From Chiloscyllium plagiosum (taxonomy: Eukaryota), in contig NC_057754.1 of NCBI RefSeq assembly GCF_004010195.1, forward strand, positions 11,182,111-11,223,224: a DNA stretch of 41,114 nt, written 5' to 3'. Below the pieces are notes generated by a model. The model made no database searches. It worked only from the letters and a program-made list of their open reading frames with translations, and was not told the DNA's origin. Within the stretch, counting starts at the first letter, position 1. Every line of letters begins with the position of its first letter. This document shows positions 1-11,761 of the stretch, in pieces. Position numbers and translations under genes: made by a program.

Positions 1-765
1 TTAGCAGGACTTCTACACTTAATTGTAAGGTCCTAGGGAGTGTTGCTGAACAAAGAGACCTTGGAGTCAGGTTCATAGCTCCTTGAAATTGGAGTCGCAG
101 GTTGATAGAACAGTGAAGATGTTTGGTATGCTTTCCTTTATTGGTCAGAGTATTGAGTACAGGAGTTGGGAGGTCATTATTGCAGCTGTACAGGACATTG
201 GTTAGGCCACTGTTGGAATAATGCATGCAATTCTGGTCTCCTTCCTATCGGAAAGATGTTGTGAAACTCGAAAGGATTCAGAAAAGATGTACAAGGATGT
301 TGCCAGGTTTGGAGGATTTGAACTATAGGGAGAGGCTGAACAGGCTGGGGCTGTTTTCCCTGGAGCGTCGGAGACTGTGGGGTGACCTTATAGAGGTTTA
401 CAAAATTATGAGGGGCATGGATAGGATAAATAGACAAAGTCTTTTCCCTGGGGCCGTGGAGTCCAGAACTAGAGGGCATAGGTTTAGGGTGAGAGGAGAT
501 ATATATGAAAGAGACCTAAGTGGCAACTTTTTCACGCAGAGAGTGGTACGTGTATGGAATGAGCTGCCAGAAGGTGTGGTGGAGGCTGGTACAATTGCAA
601 CATTTAAGAGGCATTTGGATGGGTATATGAATAGGAAGGGTTTGGAGGGATACGGGCCGGGTGCTGGCAGGTGGGACTAGATTGGGTTGGGATATCTGGT
701 GGGCATGGACAGCTTGGACCGAAGGGTCTGTTTCCATGCTTTAGATCTCTATGATTCTATGATTG
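1..765 (+). mobile_element. CR1/HER1-type LINE, 3' fragment (ORF2 C-terminus and 3' tail)
   Basis: ORF 225-680 has CR1 ORF2 C-terminal motifs (QFWSPSYRKD...LFSLERRRL.GDLIEVYKI...FFTQRVVRVWNELP); ends in a CTATGATT-type tandem tail. Confidence 0.92.
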
Positions 766-769
766 TGAC

Positions 770-1070
770 TTATATGCTTCTCAACCCTGTTCTCCTGCCT
801 TCTCCCATAACCACTCAGCTCCTCACTACTCGAGAATCTCTCCATCTCTGTCGTAAATACATTCACAGACTTGGCGTCCACAACCCTCTACGGCAACAAG
901 TTCCACAGAATCGCCATCCTCTGGCTGAAGATATTCCTCTTCATCTCAGTTCAAAAGGGCCATCCTTCACTCTGGGGCTGTGCCATTAAGTTCTAGTATC
1001 GCGTACTAGTTAAAACATCTTCCCCACAGTGACTGTATCCAGGCCTCTCAGTATTCTGTAAATTTCAATC
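770..1070 (-). mobile_element. Degenerate CR1 LINE 3' fragment
   Basis: Reverse complement resembles a CR1 ORF2 end and 3'UTR. Confidence 0.6.
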
Positions 1071-1072
1071 AC

Positions 1073-1335
1073 ACAGAGTCATCGAGTCAGACAGCACAGA
1101 AAACGATTGCTTGTTCCAACCATGTTCTACACCTCAAGTACTTCCACCTGCATGCATTTGGCTCATTTCTCTCTAAACTTTTCCTATTCATGTACTTATC
1201 CAGATGTCTTTTAAAAGTTGTAACTGTATCCGCATTCAGTGCTTTGTTTCACGTGTGGAATGAAATTCCAGACAATCCGTGTGAAGAAAAGAAACTTGCC
1301 CTTCATGTCTTTTTTAAAATTTTCCTTGTCTTACC
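1073..1335 (-). mobile_element. CR1 LINE 3' end, host of the LTR element (continues at 9680-9890 and 11009-11295)
   Basis: LINE tail and ORF2-end sequence breaks at 1335 and resumes colinearly at 9680 (cacc-tttaaaaatatg...) and again after 11009. Confidence 0.75.
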
Positions 1336-2041
1336 TGTTACAACACGGGGTAAACTCTCCTTAATTTTAAAAACGCCAACACAGAAAAGATTTATCCCGT
1401 GCAGTAATCTGTGCAAATTCAAGAGGCCAAGAATTATTTGAAGTAAAAATTAGCAACTTTATTTCTTCAAGTATAACAGAGATTAATTAACTAAACTATT
1501 TAAAACTCCATCCTCTAATCGTTTACCTTTCCCTTCCACGATACTAGTCTGATAAAACTCCCAAATAAGATTTACAAAAACCAAACTTCTTATCTCAAAA
1601 CAAGGTAGCTTTTGGTTCTTTTATTTGGATCTTTCTGTGTCTTTTCTTCTTGGGGATTCTGCTTCACAGCTCACTGATCGATAACGATACTTTTAAGAGA
1701 GGTATTTTTCAGGTAGTCTTTTTACATGCTGGTAGCTTAGCAGTTCTCTTAACTGTTCAATTTTCCCTAGTCTTAAACTCCCAAAGCATCAGATTGTGTT
1801 ATTGGCTTTTAAGATTGTCAATATACTCAATTCAAACTTGATTGGAGTTTGGTATTTTTCAGGGTATAATTTAAATTGATTGGCGTAATTCGAATTTCTT
1901 TTATCACTTCCAGGCAACCAGTTAATTTAGCTTTAGACCAAGTGTTACATTGTTATCTTATTGAGAACACTTGGTGCTGTCAGGTAGCTCTACCAACTTT
2001 TAACTCTCTTAAAAGTACAGTACACCCACATCTTCATAACA
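1336..2041 (-). repeat. 3' LTR of the Gmr1-like element
   Basis: TGTTA...TAACA termini; colinear with 8618-9679; adjacent to the pyrimidine tract cctcccccccacctt (minus-strand PPT). Confidence 0.92.
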
Positions 2042-2229
2042 CCTCCCCCCCACCTTAAGAAAATAATGAAAAGATGGCTTAGGTTTTGTTTCTCTCTACT
2101 TTTAAGCACATTTCCCTAAAATACAGATAACTTTAATATAAGTTCACCTTAACCACTTCCCATATATGTGTGTCGATGTGTATACATTAAATAAAAGACA
2201 AATCTCATCTAAACTCTCTCAGTTAAATC

Positions 2230-3590
2230 TGCGATAACGTGTCTGTGATTACATTCTTCCGACCGCAACATGTATGATTTTAAAATTTAAAGTCTGTACC
2301 ATAAGACTCCAACGAAATAGTCTCATATTCTTGTCATTAAAGCATCTAAAAATGCAAACAGATTGTGATCTGTGCATACAACCATCTCCAACACGTTTTT
2401 AGTGACAAACACATTAAAATGTTATAAGGCCAGTACCAAACTCAGTAGTTCCTTTTTGGTTGTTGAGTATTTCCCCGGTGGATGTTGATCCTCTTCGAAA
2501 AGTAACCAACTGGCAGTTCAATCCCATCTTCATCTTCCTGTAGAAACTCATATGTCACGAGCATCAATAGTGACTCTAAAAGGTTTTGAAAAGTTTGATG
2601 TAGCTGAAACTGGTTTGATGGTTAATATGGCTTTCAAATGGTTGAATGCCTCCTGGCATTGTTCTGTCCACCGAAACTTTGTGTTCTTCTTCAGCAGATC
2701 AGTTAGTGCTGCCACTACACTGCTGAAGTTTGGAACAAACATCTGATAGAATCCACTGAGTCCTAAAAATCAAAGCACCTCTTTCTTCATGGTTGGCTGT
2801 GGAAACTCCTCGATGGCCTTTGTCTTTGTATTCCGTGGGGGTCATCCCTCCATGACCAATGTTGTGTCCCAAGTACATCACCTCCGCTTTTGCGAGTTCA
2901 TTTTATTTAAGTTTATCACCAGTTTTGCTTCTTGTAGTTGTTCAAAGAGCTCTGCCAACAGTACCACGTGATCTTTCCAGGACTTACTGAAGATCGCTAC
3001 ATTGTCCAAATAGACCGCACAGTTTGTTAACCCAGCCACAACTCTGTTCATGAATCTTTGGAATGTGGCAGGTGTGTTCTTCATTCCAAAGGGCATCACT
3101 GATATAGCCCATTTGGGGTTACAAACGCAGAAATGTCATTCGACATCTCTGATAAAGATAGCTGCCAGTACCCATGCATTAAGTCCAACTTGGTGATGTA
3201 ACTGGCTTGTCTGACTTTCTCAATGCAGTCCTTCAATCTAGCAATTGGTAATGAGTCCAATTTTGTAACGGCGTTGACCTTCCGATAATCCATGCAGAAT
3301 CGTTGAGTCCCATCCGGTTTGGGAGCTAAGACGATCAGTGAACTCCGCTCGCTCTGGCTTGGTTCGATGATGTCCTCATTGAGCATGTCCTCCAACCCCA
3401 TCTGGACCTGTCTGGATTTGAAAGGATTAAGCCAAGAGCGATGTTGTTTTATTGGAGCAGTATTATGTACAGCATGTACTACAGCATTAGTCCTCCCCAT
3501 CTGATTCTTACATATGTCCTTATACTGCAGTAATAAATCTTTCAACTGCATTCCAAGACAGACAGACAGCCTACTAACCCCTCCCACTCC
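2230..3590 (-). pseudogene. Gypsy-type reverse transcriptase and RNase H (frameshifted)
   Basis: KPDGTQRFCMDYRKVN, KLDLMHGYWQ, MPFGMKNTPATFQR, YLDN (decayed YLDD), YLGH, FRWTEQCQEAF, IDARDI. Confidence 0.93.
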
Positions 3591-3719
3591 TCAAGGACTT
3601 CTTCATTTTTTAATCTGTTTTGAGGCGTATCAAAATCCACATCATCTGGATTTGATTCCTTACTTTGTGGGGCAGTAAATAACCTGTTCCTCCAGTGCTT
3701 TCTCTCTAGTATAATACAG

Positions 3720-4800
3720 TTTCAATATGTTCACATGACATACTCATTACCTTTTTTTTCTGTCTGGCATCTTTACTAGATAGTTCACCTTACTCAACTT
3801 TTTCTCAATTTGATAGGGACCACTAAACCTGGCTTTGAAGGGATCTCCTATCACTGGTAACTGTACTAAGACATCATCTCCTTGGGAAAACGTCAGAATC
3901 TTAGAGCTTTTATCTGCCGCCTGCTTCATTCTACACTGTGCCCTCTTTAGGTGCTGTTTAGCTAACTAACCTACTCAATTTAGTCTCTCCCTCACCTCCA
4001 ATACATAATATAAGTGTGAGATCTCTGACTTTGGTCCAGTCAATTTTTCTTTAATTAATTTCAAGGGGCCTCGCACTTCGTGACCGAGTATAACTCAAAG
4101 GGAGTGAACTGAGTAGATTCGTTTGGGTCATCTCTAATGGCAAACAGTATAAATGGGATACCTTGATCCCAATCATTCGGGTAACCCTGACAGTATATTC
4201 TCAACATGGTCTTCAAGGTGTGATCCCACCTATCTAAAGCTCCCTGGGATTCAGGATGATATGCACTGGATTTAGAGCGCTGTATACCAAAACTATCTAT
4301 AACCTCAAACAGCTTAGCAGTAAAATTTGACCCTTGGTCTGGTTGAATCTCTCTCTGTAACCCATACCGTGTGAAGAAAGCTACTAACTCCTCTTCTTGC
4401 CTTTATACTCCGTAATGAAACAGCCTCCAGAAATCTGTTACACACATCCATTATGGTTAACAAATATTGGTTCCCATTTTTAGTTCTCGGAAGGAGACCT
4501 ACACGATCAATTATAACCCATGTGAAAAGTACTTCAAATGCAGGAATCAGCAACCAAGGTGCTGGTTTTATTACCGCCATGGCTTGCCTACCATTTTGGC
4601 ATGTATGACACACATGGCAAAAGTTAACCACATCCTTGTGCATTCCAGGCCAATAAAAATGTTTTTGTACCTTAGCGTGAGTCTTTCGTACCCCTGGGTG
4701 TCCTCCTGCAGGTAGTTCATGTGCTACTCATAACACATCTGGTGCACTAAGGCCCATTTCTCCTCTGCAGTGGTCTCCATTTCTGCCTTGGGATTCTACC
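3720..4800 (-). pseudogene. Integrase with GPY/F C-terminal module (frameshifted)
   Basis: CHTCQ zinc-binding motif, IIDRVGLLPRTKNGNQYLLTIMD, AYHPESQGALDRW-like catalytic segment (~4200-4260), ARFSGPYQI. Confidence 0.9.
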
Positions 4801-5272
4801 AGAATATTCTCTGCCTCCTTTTCAGAATACACATCCACATATATATGTTTTATCGTCTTGTCTTGCTGTTGCAAGTCTCTTAACTTATCAGAAGTAAACA
4901 CTTCTGACTGACCTCTGCCTGTTCAGGTCTTTTTTACACCATTATGTCAAACAGCATATCTGCTAACTGAACCTCAACTCCTTCATCTTTCTCTTTACTT
5001 TTCACTTTGTGCTGTGACTTATGATTGTGGGATCTGGATACCACACAGTCTGGGAAAATATCAGGATATTTCTGTTTTAACTCCTCAGTTTCTTGGACTT
5101 CTCCACGAGATGGGGTGTCACTACCACCTTGGATCCTGCCAAATCATTCGCAAGAACAAACTGAATTCCTGAAATTGACACTCTGTCACTCACCCCCACT
5201 GTAACTTCCCCAGTCTTGAGTTTGCACTCCAACCTCATTTTACATAGGGGAATGCTAAATGTCTGTCCATCT

Positions 5273-5925
5273 CTCCCACACCACTCTCCCCTACATCAAA
5301 GACATCTTGGAAATGACTGCCAGACTACTCAGACCCCTTGGCATCATGGTAGCCCACAAAACCACCTACACAGTAAAACAGCAGGTAATGAACTTGAAAG
5401 ACCCTATACAGACAACAAGCAAAACTAATGTCATTCACAAAATACCATGCAAGAAATATAACAAACACTACATTGGACAAACAGGCAGAAAACTAGCCAC
5501 CAGGATTCATGAACATCAACTAGCTACAAAACGACATGACACTCTCTCAGTATTCTTACGTACAAATAAGGAAGGACACCACTTTTACTGGGACAACACA
5601 TCCATCCCATGGCAAACCAAACACAGACACTCACGAGAATTCCTAGAAGCGTGGTATTCTAACCAGAACTCTATCAACAAACACATCAAGTGAGACCCCA
5701 TCTATTACCCCCTGAGAAAAAGAACAGGAAATGACATCACCAACCTAAAGAAACCAAAACATATAAATAGAAAGCAAGAATTATCAGTAGTGCTCTGCCT
5801 GGAGGTCCACTGAAGATATTACCTCGTAGGCTGACAAAACTTCTGGAAATGAACCTTCCAGCTCAACGAGCAAACCTACATCCAGAACCTCAACCTGAGC
5901 TACAAATCTTTTCAAAACTCGCTAG
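5273..5925 (+). mobile_element. Penelope-like element 3' fragment (GIY-YIG endonuclease) inserted in the protease region
   Basis: ORF 5259-5693: LPYIKDILEMTARLLRPLGI...VIHKIPC...YIGQTGRKLATRIHEH...REFLEAW; decayed hammerhead-like CTGAAGA motif near 5810. Confidence 0.9.
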
Positions 5926-7342
5926 GGTCTATCCCACAAATTACCACACTCTCTCGGGTAACAGACCAGAGAGCGTACATGTTTGCTCGTCCCTATTAGT
6001 GATTGGCTAGATCCTGTATCTCTTAAAATTATAACTTCTTGTCCTTCTTCCCCTGTTCTTTCTGAGTAAACTTTACCCACAGTGACGAATTCTTTGTCGA
6101 GATCAGGTACTAACTCCATACCCAGCCCCTGACTAGGCTGTGCATCCTCCTGCAGCTCCTCGGTTCTTCTTAGGGTCTTCTTTACTATCTTCACTAATGC
6201 CACTGGCTTAGCTTCTTTTACCACACCTTTTCCCACAGCTCCTTCCTTTAACAACCAGCACTGTGACTTTATGCGCCCTACTTTACCACAGTGGAAACAC
6301 CTGAGGCCTTTCACCACCTTTCCACCCTCTTGGACTTCTTTTTTATCCTGTGGTAAATTCTTACCAGTGTTCTCTACTCTTGGTTTAGTAGTGTAGAATC
6401 TCCCCTTCTCCCAACTTCTATCCCTAAGAGGACGAAATTCTGGCTGGAAGCTTGTATTAGGCACCAACATGTACTCACCTGCTAATCCTGCTGCCCTTCT
6501 CAATTCCTGAACCTTCTGTTCCTCCACATGAATTCTTACCATCTCTGGAAGTGAGCTTTTAAACTCCTCCAGTAGAATAATCTCTCGTCGATCCTCAAAG
6601 GTCTTATCTATTTTCAAAGCACGATCAAAATGATTGTTTAGTTCTTTCGAACTAAACATAAATCTGACCTGGTTCCTCCTTTGTGTTTCTGAATCGCTGT
6701 CTGTATGCTTCTGGTACCAATTCATAAGCACTTAAAATAGCCTGTTTCACCTCTATGTAATCTCTTGACATCTCATCTGACAGTGCGGCAAATACCTCAG
6801 TAGCTCTGCCGATCAATTTAGTCTGAACTAGCATTACCCATAAATCCTCGGACCACTCCATCTGCCGAAGTAATTTTCAATGAAATAAAGAAGGCTGCAA
6901 CATCTTTCTCTCAAAATGTGCCAGAGTTTTGTAGTTGTCGCTACCTTCTTTTAAAATCTCCATCCTGTTAACTTGACTTTGCTGACTAAGTCGCAACTTC
7001 TCAAGGTCAAATTCCCCCCCCCTCCGCCCCCTAACCCCTCCCCTCTTTGCTCAGCTAAGAAACTTCTCTCTTCCTCTCTGTCTTAGTTATCTTGTAACTC
7101 CATTTTTCTCAATTGTAATTTAAGCTTTTCTGCCTCTGCTGCACTTGTCTGTTTCTCTGATAGACTTAAGTATTTGAGTAATTCCCTTCCAATTTCAGCT
7201 TTCCTTGTGTTCTTTGTTAAACCCAAATCTAATTTCTTTGCTAATTATAAAAGTATGGCCTTTTTCTTTCTTTCAAAACTTTTCTTGGCAAATTTGAGAA
7301 TCAAATTCAAATCCCAAAACTCTTTAGCCATTTTAAGAGCCA
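5926..7342 (-). pseudogene. gag (SCAN-like capsid, CCHC knuckle) and aspartic protease (frameshifted)
   Basis: WVMLVQTKLIGRA, AYELVPEAYRQRFR, IILLEEFK, CFHCGKVGRIKSQC knuckle, ILRDTGSSQSL protease motif. Confidence 0.9.
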
Positions 7343-8442
7343 GATAGAACATAGAACAATACAGCACAGAACAGGCCCTTCGGCCCACGATGTTGTGCCG
7401 AACATTTGTCCTAGCTTAAGCACCTATCCATGTACCTATCCAATTGCCGCTTAAAGGTCACCAATGATTCTGACTCGGCCACTCCCACAGGCAGCGCATT
7501 CCATGCCCCCACCACTCTCTGGGTAAAAAACCTACCCCTGACATCCCCCCATACCTTCCACCNNNNNNNNNNNNNNNNNNNNNNNNNNNNNNNNNNNNNN
7601 NNNNNNNNNNNNNNNNNNNNNNNNNNNNNNNNNNNNNNNNNNNNNNNNNNNNNNNNNNNNNNNNNNNNNNNNNNNNNNNNNNNNNNNNNNNNNNNNNNNN
7701 NNNNNNNNNNNNNNNNNNNNNNNNNNNNNNNNNNNNNNNNNNNNNNNNNNNNNNNNNNNNNNNNNNNNNNNNNNNNNNNNNNNNNNNNNNNNNNNNNNNN
7801 NNNNNNNNNNNNNNNNNNNNNNNNNNNNNNNNNNNNNNNNNNNNNNNNNNNNNNNNNNNNNNNNNNNNNNNNNNNNNNNNNNNNNNNNNNNNNNNNNNNN
7901 NNNNNNNNNNNNNACCTATTCTTCATTCCAGGCAACATCCTGGTAAATCTTCTCTGCACCCTCTCCAAAGCTTCCACATCTTTCCTAAAGTGAGGCGACC
8001 AGAACTGCACACAGTACTCCAAATGTGGCCTAACCAAGGTCCTGTACAGCTGCAACATCACTTCACGACTCTTGAATTCAATCCCTCTGCTAATGAACGC
8101 TAATACACCATAGGCCTTCTTACAAGCTCTATCCACCTGAGTGGCAACTTTCAAAGATCTATGAACATAGACCCCAAGATCCCTCTGTTCCTCTACCTCA
8201 CTAAGAACCCTATCGTTAACCCTGTATTCCGCATTCTTATTTGTCCTTCCAAAATAGACAACCTCACACTTGACAGGGTTGAACTCCATCTGCCACTCCT
8301 CAGCCCAGCTCTGCATCATATCTAAGTCCCTTTGCAGCCGACAACAGCCCTCCTCATTATCCACAACTCCACCAATCTTCGTATCGTCTGCAAATTTACT
8401 GACCCACCCTTCGACTCCCTCTTCCAAGTCATTAATAAAAAT
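7343..8442 (-). mobile_element. Relatively young 5'-truncated CR1 LINE (contains a gap)
   Basis: Open RT: FINDLEEGVEGWVSKFADDTK...RPHLEYCVQFWSP; TGTTCTA tandem tail. Confidence 0.93.
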
Positions 8443-8617
8443 CATCTGTCACTTTTAATGTAATCAAGCACTCGTCACTGAAATTAAACAAATTGTTTTA
8501 TTTAAAGGTCTCGGACACTAACTTGCAAGTGTTTAAATCTGCTGGGATTTTTTTGTACCCCCAGATCTACTCAAATCTGTCTAAACCAGTTCAGTTCACG
8601 GACCCAGGCACCCAAAA

Positions 8618-9679
8618 TGTTAGGACATGGGGTAAACTCTCCCTAATTTAAAACCAGCAAACAGAAAAGATTTATCCTGTAGAGTAATCTGTGAAAATTC
8701 AAGAGGCCAAGAATTATTTGAAGTAAAAATTAACAACTTTATTTCTTACAGTATAACAGAGAATAATTAATTAATAACTATTTACAACTCCGTCCACTAA
8801 CCTATCATTTACCTTCCCATCCACAATACTAGTTCGATAAAACACCCAATTAAGATTTACAAAAACAATTTTGTATGTCAAAATCAGGCAGCTTTCAGTT
8901 CTTCTATTTGGATCTTCCTGCGTTGTCTTTTCTTCTTAGGGATTCGGCTTCACGGGCTACTGATCGATAACTGTACTTTTTAAGATAGCTATTTTTTAGG
9001 CAGCCTTTTTGCATGCTGGTAGCTTGACAGTTCTCCTCTCTACTGTTCAATTTCCCCCGGTCTTATGCTCTCAAAGCATCGGATTGTTTTTTTTAGATTA
9101 GATTACATTAGATTAGATTAGATTACATACAGTGTGGAAAACAGGCCCTTTGGCCCAACAAGTCCACACCGCCCCGCCGAAGCGCAACCCACCCATACAT
9201 TTACCCCTTATCTAGCACTACGGGCAATTTAGCATGGCCAATTCACCTGACCTGCACATCTTTGGACTGTGGGAGGAAACCGGAGCACCCGAGGAAACCC
9301 ACGCAGACACGGGGAGAACGTGCAAACTCCACACAGTCAGTCGCCTGAGGCGGGAATTGAACCCGGGTCTCTGGCGCTGTGAGGCAGCAGTGCTAGCAGT
9401 GCTAACCACTGTGCCACCGTGCCGCCCACAAATGTGTCATTTGCTTTTAAAATTGTCAATTTACCCCATTCAAACCTGATTAGAATTTGGTATTTTTTGG
9501 TGTATAATTTAAACTGATTGGCCAAATTCAAATCTGTTTTGTCGTTTCCAGGCAACCAGCTAATTTAGCTTTAGACCATGTGTTACATTGTTATCTTACT
9601 GAGAACACTTGGTGCTGTCAGGTACCTCTACCCACTTTTAAATCTCTTAAAGGTACAATACACCTATATCTTCATGATA
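8618..9679 (-). repeat. 5' LTR of the Gmr1-like element, interrupted by a SINE
   Basis: Starts TGTTAGGACATGGGGTAAACTCTCC, colinear with 1336-2041; internal side reads TGGGTGCCTGGGTCCG on the minus strand (possibly a decayed tRNA-Pro PBS). Confidence 0.9.
9087..9427 (-). mobile_element. HE1-type tRNA-derived SINE
   Basis: Minus strand GGGCGGCACGGTGGCACAGTGGTTAGC A-box, GGTTCAATTCC B-box, V-SINE-like core, (AATCT)n tail; absent from the other LTR. Confidence 0.92.
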
Positions 9680-9884
9680 CACCTTTAAAAATATGTCCTC
9701 GACTCTTGAAATTCCTCACCCTAGGGAAAGTTCACTTGCAATTGACCTTATCCATACCCCTCAGGATTTTATAAAGATCTATATGGTCACCCCTCAATCT
9801 CCTCTGCTCCTATGGAAGATTTCCGAACTTATCCAGCCTCTTCTTATAACTCAGTCCCTTCATTCCGAGCAACATCCTGATAAA

Positions 9885-10687
9885 TCCTCTGCTGATGTAA
9901 TCAGAGTGCATAAGTGCTCATTCCCGGGATGTAACAAGATGTATACAAAAAGCAACCATTTAAAGGCCCACTACAGGTGCCACACAGGGGAGAAACCTTA
10001 CTCATGCACTTGGCCAGATTGTGGATGGCGATTTTCTCATTCAGATGAGTTATCCAGACACAAACGATCCCATTCTGGAGTGAAGCCATACCACATCTGT
10101 GAGAAGAAATTAGCCCGCAGCGATCACTTATCCAAACATGTGAAAGTACATCGGGGACTAAGAAATGGCAGAATAACTAGAACAGCCAGTTAACATTTGA
10201 CGGTTTGTCTCCTTTTATCGGAAAGTATACCCGAGCCATTGAACTGTAAATGGAATGTACAGAAGATATCACAGTTATTAATAGGTGTCCATAGTCTTTG
10301 AATGTGGTTGGGAATGGGTTTTAACACTCTTAGTTTGAAAAGTTATTTCTCGAAGTAACAAATGAATTGCATTTCTAATGTAAATTTTACTCATCCTCAC
10401 TTCAAAATTTCAGAAAGGTTGGTTGGTTCATATTTATCGTTGTAGTATAGACTCTTTGGGCTGATGAGATATCAGTGTAGAGGAATTAGTGTCAAGGACT
10501 TCATAGGTAAATATAATATTGAATTGATGAGATATAGATGGGAGACTTGAGAATTTCTTTACGCAACAAGTTGTTTATAATTTGGAATTCCTGAAAAGAT
10601 GTAGGTTCACGTAGCTTTTGGAAAAAGAAAGGGTTGAATGAGTATCTGAAGAAGTATATAAAATTCTTTTTAAAAGAAAAGATAAAA
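9885..10687 (+). pseudogene. KLF15: 5'-truncated processed pseudogene of a KLF15-like gene (three-finger domain to stop at 10193, plus 3'UTR)
   Basis: [21 protein letters not shown]...[48 protein letters not shown]; no intron; the first Cys of finger 3 is deleted; R>C and R>H CpG-type changes; N-terminal part of ORF 9693 is antisense LINE. Confidence 0.85.
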
Positions 10688-11008
10688 GGGTGGCAGGTGG
10701 CTCTGTAGTTAGCACTGCTGCTTCACAGCGCCAGGGACCCGGGTTCGATTCCAGCCTCAGGCGACTGTCTGTGTGAAGTTTGCACGTTCTCCCTGTGTCT
10801 GCGTGGGTTTCCTCTGGGTGCTCCGGATTCCTCCCACAGTCCAAAGATGTGCAGGTCAGGTGAATTGGCCATGCTAAATTGTCCATAGTGTTAGGTGCAT
10901 TAGTCAGAGGGAAATGGGTCTGGGTGGGTTACTCTTCGGAGGGTCAGTGTGGTCTTGTTGGGCCGAAAGGCCTTTTTCCACACTGTAGGGAATCGCATCT
11001 AAAAAATC
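10688..11008 (+). mobile_element. HE1-type SINE
   Basis: GGGTGGCAGGTGGCTCTGTAGTTAGC, GGTTCGATTCC, conserved core, AATCT tail. Confidence 0.92.
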
Positions 11009-11295
11009 TAAATCTCTTCTGAACTCTCTGCAGCTTAATAATATCCTTCCTATAACAGGGTGATTAGAACTGGATGCAGTACTCCAGATAAGGCCTCACC
11101 AACATCCTTGTCAACCTCAACATAACAACCCAGTTCCAACACACAAGGTCTGAACAATAAAGTTAACTATACTAAAAGCCTCCTTAACCACACTGTTTAC
11201 ATGTGATGCAGACATCAAAGAATTAGATAATTGAAACCGAAAGCCTCTCTGTTCTACAGACTACCCAAGACCCTACTTTTAATTGTATAAGTTCT

Positions 11296-11750
11296 ACCTC
11301 CCTTGAGGAGGGCAAGATATTCTCGGTGGTGGGGTCCAGTTGGAGTTGGCGGAAGTCTTTAAGGATGATGTGTTGTATGCACCACCTCCCACCCAGTATC
11401 CTGCAAGAACTCCATCCCATTCTCTGAATTCCTCCGAATGCTTCTGTTCGGACGAGAAGGCATTCCACTTGCGAGCTATTTTGAACAAGATGCGTTTCCT
11501 CCCTCTGTTATCCAGTCAGCCCTCCACCGGAGCATCTCCATTCTCCATTCCACTGCTCTAAACACTCCCCAAGGCAATAAAGACAGGGTCCCCCTTGTCC
11601 TCATCTACCACCCCCTTTCTCTGCATCCAACTCATCATCCTTAAAGACATCCACCAACTCTAACTTGACCCCCACCACCAAGAGCATCTTCCTGTCGCCA
11701 TCCCTCTCTGCCTTCCGCAAGGACCGTTCCTTTTTACAGTCCTTTTGCGC
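11296..11750. mobile_element. Penelope-like fragment with a short inverted segment
   Basis: RT C-terminal motifs (DRVPLVLIYHP); 11310-11370 is the inverse of ~11633-11695; the tail resumes at ~12890-13003. Confidence 0.75.
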
Positions 11751-11761
11751 AACCGGAAAAG

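Larger units (their letters stand above)
1336..9679 (-). mobile_element. Full-length, decayed Gmr1-like (Ty3/Gypsy) LTR retrotransposon
   Basis: Two homologous LTRs (1336-2041, 8618-9679); 4-bp TSD TACC/CACC; PPT at 2042; PBS-like sequence near 8597-8617; domain order gag-PR-IN-RT-RH on the minus strand. Confidence 0.92.

Noticed and set aside
9300..9427. tRNA-like A/B boxes in SINE heads as tRNA genes
   Set aside because: They continue into the SINE core and tail.
9693..10193. 166-aa ORF as a functional chimeric KLF gene
   Set aside because: The N-terminus is antisense LINE, finger 3 lacks a Cys, and conserved Arg residues are mutated.
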